DNA from: Vicinamibacterales bacterium | Lineage (GTDB): Bacteria > Acidobacteriota > Vicinamibacteria > Vicinamibacterales > UBA823 | Reading direction: 5' to 3' | NCBI GenBank assembly: GCA_965197385.1 | Contig: CBDANA010000008.1 | Coordinates: 31,717-95,716, forward strand | DNA: 64,000 nt | Shown: piece after piece, positions 7,709-15,699 of the stretch | Layout of the letters: each line of letters begins with the position of its first letter | How positions within the stretch are numbered: the first letter of the stretch is position 1 | The notes under the pieces: model-generated | Seen by the model: only the letters and a program-made list of their open reading frames with translations | Told to the model about the DNA's origin: nothing | The model's database searches: none | Made by a program: the position numbers and the translations under genes

Positions 7709-9007
7709 TTACAGCCAAGCGAACTTCACGGCGAAGAGAAATGCCACCGCGATCAATGTCGGCGAACACTCACCTCGGCGTCCCGCCATCCCCTTGATCA
7801 AGACGTAGGTGAGGAAGCCGAGGCCGAGGCCGTCGGCAATGGAGAACGTCAACGGGATGGCGATCCCGGTCATGACGGCGGGGGCGGCCTCGGTGACGTC
7901 GCGCCAGTCCACCTCTGCCAGTGGTCGCACCATAAGACATGCGACATACAGGAGGGCGGCCGCCGTCGCCTGGGGTGGTATGGACTCGGCCAGCGGCGCG
8001 AGAAAAAGGCAGGAGAGAAACAGCCCGGCGACCACAACTGCGGTCAGACCCGTACGCCCACCTGCGCTGACACCCGTTGCGCTCTCGATGTAGCTCGTCA
8101 CCGGGGAGGTGCCGAGCAGGGTGCCGCCTATCGTGCCCGTCGAATCGGCGATCAGCGCTCTTTGCATGCCCGGTAGACGTCCGCCCTCGTCCAGAAGCTG
8201 CGCCTGGTGTGCGACACCGATGAGTGTCCCGGTCGTGTCGAACAGGTCGACCATGAGGAACGCGAGGATGACCGTAATCATGCTCGCCTGCAGCGCACCC
8301 GCGATGTCCAGGGCCAGCAGCGTCGGCGTCGGATCAGGTGGTAGCGACACGATGCCCTGCCACTCAGAGACACCGAGAGCGAGGCCGGCACCGGCGACAC
8401 CCAGCATCCCGATGATCGCCGCGCCGGGCACACGGCGCGCCGACAGCGCCACGATGGTGCAGAAACCGAGCAGGGACAACACCGGCCCAGGCGTCATCAA
8501 CTCACCGGCGGTGACCAGCGTCGCTTCGCTGGCTTGGATGATGCCGGCGTTCCGCAACGCGATGACCCCAAGCAAGAGGCCAATCCCGGCCACGATGGCC
8601 AGTTGCAGTCCTTGGGGGATCGCTTCGAGGATCCAGCGTCGCACCGGCAGTATGCTGAGAATCAGGAACAGCACACCCGAGACGAAGACCGCGCCGAGCG
8701 CGACCTCCCACGTGTGGCCCAGACCGAGGACGACACCGTAAGCGAAGAACGCGTTGAGTCCCATGCCCGGCGCCAGCGCGATCGGGTAGTTGGCATACAG
8801 CCCCATCACCAGAGTGCTGAACGCAGCGGACAGACAAGTGGCAACGAACACCGCGTCGAACGGCATGCCAGCCTCGGAGAGGATCTGGGGGTTGACAAAG
8901 GCGATATAGGCCATCGTCAGGAATGTCGTCACACCCGCCCTCACCTCTGTCCGCACGTCAGTGCCGCGCTGTGCCAAACTGAAGAAGCTTTCAAGCGTCG
9001 CGGCCAT
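7709..9007 (-). CDS. NCS2-family nucleobase permease (AzgA/adenine-guanine-hypoxanthine type)
   Basis: 432 aa, ..FSLAQRGTDVRTEVRAGVTTFLTMAYIAFVNPQILSEAGMP..LAPGMGLNAFFAYGVV.., and multi-pass hydrophobic throughout. Confidence 0.88.
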   Translation of the reverse strand: MAATLESFFSLAQRGTDVRTEVRAGVTTFLTMAYIAFVNPQILSEAGMPFDAVFVATCLSAAFSTLVMGLYANYPIALAPGMGLNAFFAYGVVLGLGHTWEVALGAVFVSGVLFLILSILPVRRWILEAIPQGLQLAIVAGIGLLLGVIALRNAGIIQASEATLVTAGELMTPGPVLSLLGFCTIVALSARRVPGAAIIGMLGVAGAGLALGVSEWQGIVSLPPDPTPTLLALDIAGALQASMITVILAFLMVDLFDTTGTLIGVAHQAQLLDEGGRLPGMQRALIADSTGTIGGTLLGTSPVTSYIESATGVSAGGRTGLTAVVVAGLFLSCLFLAPLAESIPPQATAAALLYVACLMVRPLAEVDWRDVTEAAPAVMTGIAIPLTFSIADGLGLGFLTYVLIKGMAGRRGECSPTLIAVAFLFAVKFAWL

Positions 9008-9137
9008 GGGTTCCTCTAGTCGATTCTCGCTGGCTTCGCCGCATTAGGCGCATCCGCCGCCCTGTCCATTCCTGGCGTCTGTCTCGGTGCCGTGCTTGAT
9101 TTTGCGGGCGTAGCCGATCCGCATGTGTCATAAACGG

Positions 9138-10860
9138 CCCAGACCGTGTGAAAAGTCCAAGTCGTGGGTCGCTGATCCGGCAGCATCGAGGCTTGAGCAC
9201 GGTGGCGGGCTCGCGACCGCGGCGCCGATCAGTCGGGGCGTCAGTCGTGTCGGTCGCGTGAGGGACTGCTGCGATCGCCTGACGGCCAGATTCGGGCTGA
9301 TTGTCGCCCTGGAAGCGGGCGAAATAGGGGTTCAGCCGGCTGCCGCGGCGATCATCGCGGGAAGTCCCGCGAGATTGATCGCGCGTCGCATGTTGTAGGC
9401 CAAGGCGGTGAGGCTGAACTCCCCGCGGACGTTGTCGAGTCGACGCGTCAGGAACGCGCCCTGGCCCATCCACTGCTTGATCGACCCGAAGGGATGTTCG
9501 ACGGACTCCCGACGACGGTCCATCACCTCGGGCCGAGCCGCGAGGCGAGCCGCCATCCGATCCATCGTGGCTTCGTTCTCGTAGCGGACGAGCCGTCGGT
9601 GGGTGCCTTTGGTGCATCGGTCGCGTCGATCGCAGGACCGGCAGGCTGCGCGATTACCGTAGCTGATCACCCAGATCCCGTCGCGGGTCTTGCCGGCCCT
9701 GCCCCGATACAAGGGCACCAGACGCTGGCCAGCCGGACAACGGTAGGTGTCGGTTGCGGCGTCGTACTGGAACTCGGACTTGGTAACGTGGCCGCTGCTC
9801 CTGGCTGGGCTTCTATCGGGCTTCGGCACGAAGGGCGTGATCCCCCCAGCTTCGCAGTCCTCCATGTCCTCGATCTTGTAGTAGCCGCCGTCCGCGACCG
9901 CATCGAGCTCGTCGACAGCGAGGTTCTGCCGCGCCGCGGTGGCCGTCTCCGCCAGCAGGCCGAGGTCCGAGACCTTGCTGTGGACCTGCTGCTCGGCGAT
10001 CAGGTTGTGCTTGCTGTCGACCGCGATCTGGACGTTGTAGCCCACGCCGACCCGTGTCCCGGAGTGCATCGACCGGGAGTCCGGATCCGTAAGCGACAGC
10101 TGTGCCTCCCCGGTCTCGTCCAGCTTCTGCCGATGGCCCTCCAAGGTCTCCTTGCGTTTGCGGATCGACGCGATCTTGTCCTGAAGGTCCGCTACGGAGT
10201 TCCCTCCACCGCTGGCTGCGTTCGCATCGGCCTCGTTCATCTGTTCGAGGTAGCGTTCCAGCTGGTCGTCGATGCGCTGCAGGTCCCTCTTCAACGTGGC
10301 TCGCGTGAAGTTGCGGTCACGGTTGTTCACCGCCTTGATGCGCGTGCCGTCCACCGCGATCAACTCGCGCCCGTACAGGTCAAGTTCTCGGCATAGCCGC
10401 ACGAACTCCCGAAAGACCTGCCGGAAGGCGCTCCGGTTGTCGCGGCGGAAGTCGGCGATCGTCTTGAAGTCGGGGCGAAGCTGGCGCAGCAGCCAGATCA
10501 CCTCCAGGTTGCGGTGCGTCTCGACCTCCAGGCGCCGGCTGGACCGAACACGGTTGAGATACCCGTAGATGTAGAGCTTCAGCAGATCCGCAGGATCGTA
10601 GCCCGGGCGGCCCTTGTCGTTGGGCCGAACGCGCTGGAACCCCGTCTCCTCGAGATCGAGGCTATCGACGAAGGCATCAATGAAACGGACCGGGTTGTCC
10701 GGCCCCACATAATCGTCCACAGCGTCGGGGAGAAGCAGAAGCTGGGAACGGTCTTCACCGGATATGTGTCCCATGCCGCATTTTACCGAACGCCGTGGTG
10801 ACTCGCCGCTGGCTGATCGACCCTAAGCACTCCTGTCGACGACTTTTCACACGGTCTGGG
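9138..10860 (-). mobile_element. IS1182-family insertion sequence (1723 bp) with perfect 20-bp terminal inverted repeats, inserted at the centre of a palindrome
   Basis: CCCAGACCGTGTGAAAAGTC at 9138-9157 is the exact reverse complement of 10841-10860. The flanks 9104-9137 and 10861-10884 reconstitute the palindrome seen intact at 4403-4462. Confidence 0.88.
9332..10774 (-). CDS. IS1182-family transposase
   Basis: 480 aa, MGHISGEDRSQLLLLPDAVDDYVGPDNPVRFIDAFVDSLDL..GRPGYDPADLLKLYIYGYLNRVRSSRRLE..NLEVIWLL..L.PDFKTIADFRRDN.. Confidence 0.92.
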   Translation of the reverse strand: MGHISGEDRSQLLLLPDAVDDYVGPDNPVRFIDAFVDSLDLEETGFQRVRPNDKGRPGYDPADLLKLYIYGYLNRVRSSRRLEVETHRNLEVIWLLRQLRPDFKTIADFRRDNRSAFRQVFREFVRLCRELDLYGRELIAVDGTRIKAVNNRDRNFTRATLKRDLQRIDDQLERYLEQMNEADANAASGGGNSVADLQDKIASIRKRKETLEGHRQKLDETGEAQLSLTDPDSRSMHSGTRVGVGYNVQIAVDSKHNLIAEQQVHSKVSDLGLLAETATAARQNLAVDELDAVADGGYYKIEDMEDCEAGGITPFVPKPDRSPARSSGHVTKSEFQYDAATDTYRCPAGQRLVPLYRGRAGKTRDGIWVISYGNRAACRSCDRRDRCTKGTHRRLVRYENEATMDRMAARLAARPEVMDRRRESVEHPFGSIKQWMGQGAFLTRRLDNVRGEFSLTALAYNMRRAINLAGLPAMIAAAAG

Positions 10861-11016
10861 CCGTTTGCAACACACGGGCAAAGGCGCCTTCCGACGCCCA
10901 CCACCGTGTGTCGTATCCCGTGTCGGATTCTATGTCTTGCAGACGTCACGCGAAACAGCAGGGCTCGGAGACCTACCTTGGCCGTCGGCCAGGTCACGAT
11001 CTTCGTGGTGCCAAGA

Positions 11017-11862
11017 CTACCGCTGCGCCCTCTCCAAAACACAATACCGATACAGCTTGAGCGACTCGCGCCAGTCTTCCGGATAGGCCGCCACCACCTC
11101 ACCCAATCCGTACTCCTCGGCAAGCCCGAAAAAAGACCCCGCTTCGGCGACCCTGAACGGCGCCTGCTCCTCGAAGACGGTCAGGTCGGGGAACCCGGTG
11201 GGGAACGAGGCGCCCATCGCCCGCTCCATGCCTTCGAGCCACCTGCGATCCTCGGGGTCCGCAGACTCGCGATTCTGCAGGTCCAGCGCGAAGTAGTCGA
11301 AGGCCATGCGGAACGAAGACATCGCGTCAGCCAGCCGGTTGAGGAACGGCATGATGCTCTCTGGAGGCAGGTACATGGTGTTGCCTTCCCATATGATCAG
11401 CGTCGGTGCGTGCGGGTCGAAGCCGAACTCGGCGAGGCCGCCGGGGACGTCAACCTCGAGGTAGTTGGCGAGGAGCGAGGGTGGCTGCGCGAGCGCGCTC
11501 CGCTCCAGGACCACGCGTTTGAATTCGAGAACGGCCTTCTGGTCGACCTCGAAGAACGCGACGTCCGGAACGCCGTACCTGTGGGCGCGCATGTCGAAGC
11601 CGCCGCCGAGCAGCACGACCTGGCGGGCCCCGTCCGCGATCCCGCGCTCGACGAAGCGGTTGAAGTAGCGGGTGCGGAAGCGGACCATGGTCGTCGAATG
11701 GGGAAAGGCGACGTCCAGTTGCCGCGCCGCTCCTCGAGCGCGCTCGTTGGAGAACCATTCGGCGTACGGGTCGCTGAACAGAGGCTCCGGTCTTTCATTC
11801 TCCACTGCGCGAATGGATGCGATGACGAACGCGGTCGCCCCGATTTCGTTAATGTCGATCAT
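11017..11862 (-). CDS. SAM-dependent O-methyltransferase (LCM / TIGR00027-like family)
   Basis: ORF 11017..11955. The likely start is MIDINEIGATAFVIASIRAVE..DPYAEWF.. (ATG at 11862), followed by ..VVLLGGGFDMRAHR..FFEVDQ..IWEGNTMYLP. The upstream extension runs into the IS6 end. Confidence 0.75.
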   Translation of the reverse strand: MIDINEIGATAFVIASIRAVENERPEPLFSDPYAEWFSNERARGAARQLDVAFPHSTTMVRFRTRYFNRFVERGIADGARQVVLLGGGFDMRAHRYGVPDVAFFEVDQKAVLEFKRVVLERSALAQPPSLLANYLEVDVPGGLAEFGFDPHAPTLIIWEGNTMYLPPESIMPFLNRLADAMSSFRMAFDYFALDLQNRESADPEDRRWLEGMERAMGASFPTGFPDLTVFEEQAPFRVAEAGSFFGLAEEYGLGEVVAAYPEDWRESLKLYRYCVLERAQR

Positions 11863-11901
11863 CTCTCTCCTCCTCAAGCAATGCTCGCCTACAATCCAGG
11901 G

Positions 11902-12706
11902 GGTACTGTCAAGTTCAGTGGGAGCGTGGCAGACTTGGCCGATGAAACACGACACGCTGAGCTACCATGGATATCGATTTCCCCCCGAGATCATCAGCCA
12001 CGCCGTCTGGCTGTATCACCGCTTCGGTGTGAGCTTTCGCGATGTCGAAGATCTCCTGGCCCAACGCGGCATCACGGTGTCCTACGAAGCGATCCGGCTG
12101 TGGTGCCTCACGTTTGGTTCAGTATACGCTCGCCGGCTCAAGCGTCGACAGGGCCGGCTGGGCGACATCTGGCACCTGGACGAGGTCTTCGTCACCATCC
12201 AGGGACAGCGGCGCTATCTCTGGCGTGCCGTCGATCAAGATGGTGACGTCATCGATATCCTCGTCCAGTCGCGTCGCGACTGTCGGGCGGCTACACGCTT
12301 TTTCCGCAAGCTGTTGAAGGGTCAGGAGCGTACGCCTGGGCGGTTGGTCACCGACAAGCTGAGCAGCTACAGGGCTGCGCACCGAGCGGCCATGCCGTCC
12401 GTCGCCCATCGCACGGACCGATACGAGAACAATCGTGCCGAAGTCTCCCACCAGCCCACACGGCAACGCGAGCGACACATGCGCCGGTTCAAATCTCCCG
12501 GGCAGGCACAACGATTCTTGTCCGTGCATGGACTCGTCCGCAACCTCTTCCGCGTTGGCCGTCACCTGGTGCGAGCGGTGCATCATCGGGAGCTACGAGG
12601 ACGCTCTTTTCTCATTTGGGATGCAGTCACGCTCGCCGCCTGACTCGAACTGAGATCACGACCCCGAGTACCGGCTCGCTCGACGAACGCTAACTTGACT
12701 GTGAGC
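11902..12706 (+). mobile_element. IS6-family insertion sequence, copy 2 (~805 bp), inverted relative to copy 1
   Basis: The ends are GGTACTGTCAAGTT (11902-) and ..AACTTGACTGTGAGC (12692-12706), sharing the ACWGTCAAGTT core with copy 1. Confidence 0.85.
11942..12643 (+). CDS. IS6-family transposase
   Basis: 233 aa starting at MKHDTLSYHGYRFPPEIISHAVWLYHRFGVSFRDVEDLLAQRG... By eye it is about 70 percent identical to the copy-1 protein. Confidence 0.92.
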   Translation: MKHDTLSYHGYRFPPEIISHAVWLYHRFGVSFRDVEDLLAQRGITVSYEAIRLWCLTFGSVYARRLKRRQGRLGDIWHLDEVFVTIQGQRRYLWRAVDQDGDVIDILVQSRRDCRAATRFFRKLLKGQERTPGRLVTDKLSSYRAAHRAAMPSVAHRTDRYENNRAEVSHQPTRQRERHMRRFKSPGQAQRFLSVHGLVRNLFRVGRHLVRAVHHRELRGRSFLIWDAVTLAA

Positions 12707-12953
12707 ATGATTCCCCTGCCTGTCGGGGTTGCTCAGTGACACCGGTGGGTGCCGGTGGGCGCTGGCCTGACCCACAAGTTGACTGACCTACGGTCCTGGC
12801 TACTGAACTGTCGGTCATCGTCCGTCGGCGATTGACACGGCAACCCGTCTGACCGGATGGGCAGTGACCCAATAGGGGCCTGCTGCAACGTCGACCCATC
12901 ACAGTCCTGTCCGCCCATCCGGCCGACGCACCAGCACCCGAGGAGGCCACCCG
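12707..12953 (+). ncRNA. Structured non-coding left end of the IS110-family element; candidate bridge/seek RNA
   Basis: No credible ORF is present. Local hairpin CACCGG-TGGGTG-CCGGTG (~12742-12759). Long-range pairing of CCGGATGGGC (12853-12862) with GCCCATCCGG (12912-12921). Its position upstream of the recombinase matches the IS110 subgroup. Confidence 0.3.
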
Positions 12954-14039
12954 GTGACGAACCACAGGACTATCCAGCCTGACGCGCGGAAGGTGATCGT
13001 CGGCGTGGACACCCACAAGCACGTCCACGTGGCCGTGGCGATCGACACGAGGGGGGTCCGCCTCGACGATCGATCGTGTGCCGCCGACTCAGACGGCTAC
13101 CAACAGCTGATCACCTGGGCCGAGCGTCACGGCCGCATCGCCGCGTTCGGCATCGAGGGCACCGGCAGCTACGGGGCGGGACTCACTCGCGCGGTCCGGC
13201 GAGCCGGGCACCAGGTGCTCGAAGTGAACCGAGGCGACCGGCGCACACGTCGAATCGCCGGGAAGTCCGACCCCGTGGATGCCGAGACCGCCGCGCGGTC
13301 GGTTCTGGCGGGCCAATCGACCGCCATCCCGAAGACCGCGGACGGAGCGGTCGAGATGATGCGCCACCTCAAAGTCGCGCGCCGGACGGCGGTCAAAGCC
13401 CGCACCTCGGCGATGATCACGCTGAAGCAGATCGTCGTCACCGCGCCGCCCGCGCTGCGAGAGACCCTCAACCCGCTCGCCGACCAGGCGCTCCTCAAAC
13501 GCTGCCGCGGATGGCGCTGCGGCACGATCGATACGCCGACCGCCTCGGCGAAACATACCCTCCGGGCGCTCGCCCGTCGCTGGTTCGCTCTCTCCGTCGA
13601 AATCGTGGACCACGACCGTCACGTGAGTCGACTCACCACCCAGACCTCACCGACGCTGCGTGAGGGCTTCGGCATCGGTGCCGACACCGCCGCCGAACTG
13701 CTGATCATCTTTGGCGACACCCCCGATCGGATTCATTCTGAAGCCGCCTTCGCCAAGCTTTGCGGGGCCTGCCCCATCCCGGCTTCGTCCGGGATGACGA
13801 CGGGGCGCCACCGCCTCTACCGCGGCGGTCATCGCCAGGCCAACGCCGCGCTCCACCGGGCCGTCATCGTGCGGATGCGGTTCCACACACCAACCCTCAA
13901 CTACGTCGAACGACGCACCGCTGAAGGGCGGCCCAAACGGGAGATCATCCGCTGTCTTAAACGCTTTCTCGCCCGCGAGATCTTTCAGCGCGTGATGGCA
14001 GACTACCGAGCGCGCCAAGCCGCAGACTTGGCGGCCTGA
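12954..14039 (+). CDS. IS110-family transposase/recombinase
   Basis: 361 aa, ..VIVGVDTHKHVHVAVAID..FGIEGTGSYGAGL..AGH.VLEVN..KSDPVDAE.AAR.. (DEDD N-domain) and a C-terminal ..PIPASSG....HRL.RGG.RQANAALH... block. GTG start. Confidence 0.92.
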   Translation: MTNHRTIQPDARKVIVGVDTHKHVHVAVAIDTRGVRLDDRSCAADSDGYQQLITWAERHGRIAAFGIEGTGSYGAGLTRAVRRAGHQVLEVNRGDRRTRRIAGKSDPVDAETAARSVLAGQSTAIPKTADGAVEMMRHLKVARRTAVKARTSAMITLKQIVVTAPPALRETLNPLADQALLKRCRGWRCGTIDTPTASAKHTLRALARRWFALSVEIVDHDRHVSRLTTQTSPTLREGFGIGADTAAELLIIFGDTPDRIHSEAAFAKLCGACPIPASSGMTTGRHRLYRGGHRQANAALHRAVIVRMRFHTPTLNYVERRTAEGRPKREIIRCLKRFLAREIFQRVMADYRARQAADLAA

Positions 14040-14070
14040 ACGACCGTCTTGACATATAGGGGCGTCAGTA

Positions 14071-14125
14071 CCTGGCGGGATGCATCGGCGGTCGAATGCA
14101 GCGGGACTTTCACCACGGGTTGCTA
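14071..14125. repeat. Half copy (~53 bp plus TA) of the MITE found intact at 17446-17639
   Basis: TGGCGGGATGCATCGGCGGTCGAATGCAGCGGGACTTTCACCACGGGTTGC-TA is the reverse complement of 17448-17500 with 3 mismatches over the 53 bp. It is cut on its inner side by the IS110-family element. Confidence 0.8.
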
Positions 14126-14194
14126 AGGCTGCCCGGGCCAGGGACGTGTTTGCCCGACACGAGGGTACAATCTCGACCTAAGGCCTCTCCACCC

Positions 14195-15699
14195 ATGGCT
14201 AAACCAGTGGCTGAACCAGGCCGCTTGCGCGTGTCCCGCCTCGTCCCGGCCGTCTGGCTGTGCTTGCTGCTCGCTGGCGGCACTGCCCAGGCGCAGGTGC
14301 CGGACCAGGAGCATGACCTCGGCGCCGGCGACAGCGTCATCCAGATCCTGGGCGGTCTCCTGTTCGACTCGGTGGGCGACAGCGTCCGGCCCAACCCGGG
14401 TCTCCTCATCCGAAACGGCGTCATCCTGGCGGTCGATGCGGAGCTGGGCGACGCCCCACGCGCCGGGGCGACCGTCATCACGCTTCGGGACGACGAGACG
14501 ATCCTCCCGGGACTCTTCGACCTGCACGCCCACTACGCCGTGGACCTGTTCGGCGAGGGCCGGGTCGACGAGTACGACGTCAACCCGCTGGTCTTCCTGG
14601 CGAACGGCGTCACCTCGACGTTTCCTGCCGGTGAGGTCGATCCGGAGGGCATGCGCGCCGCGCGGCTGCGTCTCGACGCCGTGGAGCAGATCGGGCCGCG
14701 TCTTTACAATTCGGGACCCTATTTCGGGACGGCTCGGCCCGGTTGGCAGGCCGGCGACGTCACCGCGGCAGACATTCACCGCGACGTGGACGCCTGGGCG
14801 GCCAAGGGCGCACGGGGGTTCAAGGCGAAGGGAATCCGTCCGGAGCATCTCGAGATCCTCATCGCGCGCGCACACCTCCACGGCCTGCCGGTCACCGGAC
14901 ATCTCGGATCCGGATACCGGCGTTCGGTCAATCCGCGCGATGCCATCGCGATGGGCATCGATCGCATCGAGCACTTTCTCGGCGGCGACGCCCTCACCTC
15001 CGATCGATCGGCCTACGCGTCGCTCGAGGTGCTGGACACCGCGCGCCCAGAGGTCGCGGCGATCATCCAGCAGTATCTCCGCCACCGGGTGTTCTTCGAC
15101 CCCACGCTGACCGCCTACGGATACTTCGGGCAGCGTGAGCCGACGGTGTACGAGTACTGGGCCGACGAGATGGCGCTGCTCACGCCATACGCGCGACGCG
15201 TCGTCGAATCGCGTCTCCCTCGCCGCGTCAGCGCCCAGTTCGAGAGAATCTACTGGATCAAGCGGCGGACCCTGAAGGCGTTCTACGACGCGGGCGGCGC
15301 CGACCTGATCACGCTCGGCACGGACCATCCCAGCTGGGGGGAGTTCTTCTCCGGCTTCGGATCGCACCGGGAGCTGCACGCGATGGTCCTGGCCGGCATT
15401 CCCGAGGCGGCGGCGCTCAAGATCGGCACGATCAACGGCGCCGGGCGCTCGGCGTGAGCGACCGGCTGGGGACGATCGAGCCGGGCAAGCTTGCCGACCT
15501 GATTGTCGTCGCCGGTGATCCGCTGCAGGACATCCGCATGACCCGGCGGGTACGCCTCGTCGTGAAGGCGGGTATCGCCTACGATCCGGCCGAGTTGCTC
15601 GAGTCGGCCCGCGGACGCTTGGGGCCGGCCAGCCAGGACGACGCCGACTGGTGGAAAGGCCGCCTCCGGTTCGCGTCGGCGCGCGAGGAGCAGCCGTGA
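14195..15699 (+). pseudogene. Secreted amidohydrolase-family protein, split by a 1-nt frameshift near 15440-15445
   Basis: ORF 14096..15457 (..ILPGLFDLHAHYAVD..GHLGSGY..IDRIEH..) ends ..KIGTINGAGRSA*. ORF 15454..15699 continues SDRLGTIEPGKLADLIVVAGDPLQDI..VVKAGIAY, the canonical amidohydrolase C-terminus. Adding one C in GCCGGG would restore ..TINGARALGVSDRLGTIEPGK... Confidence 0.85.

Larger units (their letters stand above)
12707..14070 (+). mobile_element. IS110-family insertion sequence (~1.36 kb; boundaries inferred from the neighbouring elements)
   Basis: It lies between the IS6 copy-2 end (12706) and the point where MITE homology resumes (14071). It has a 247-nt non-coding left end, the transposase gene, and a ~31-nt right end. 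Confidence 0.7.

Noticed and set aside
9008-9103. Purine riboswitch or other leader element upstream of the NCS2 nucleobase permease.
   Set aside because: I could not draw the conserved three-way junction. The upstream region is occupied by the recombinase-stub/palindrome copy and the IS1182-family element, so the native leader has probably been replaced.
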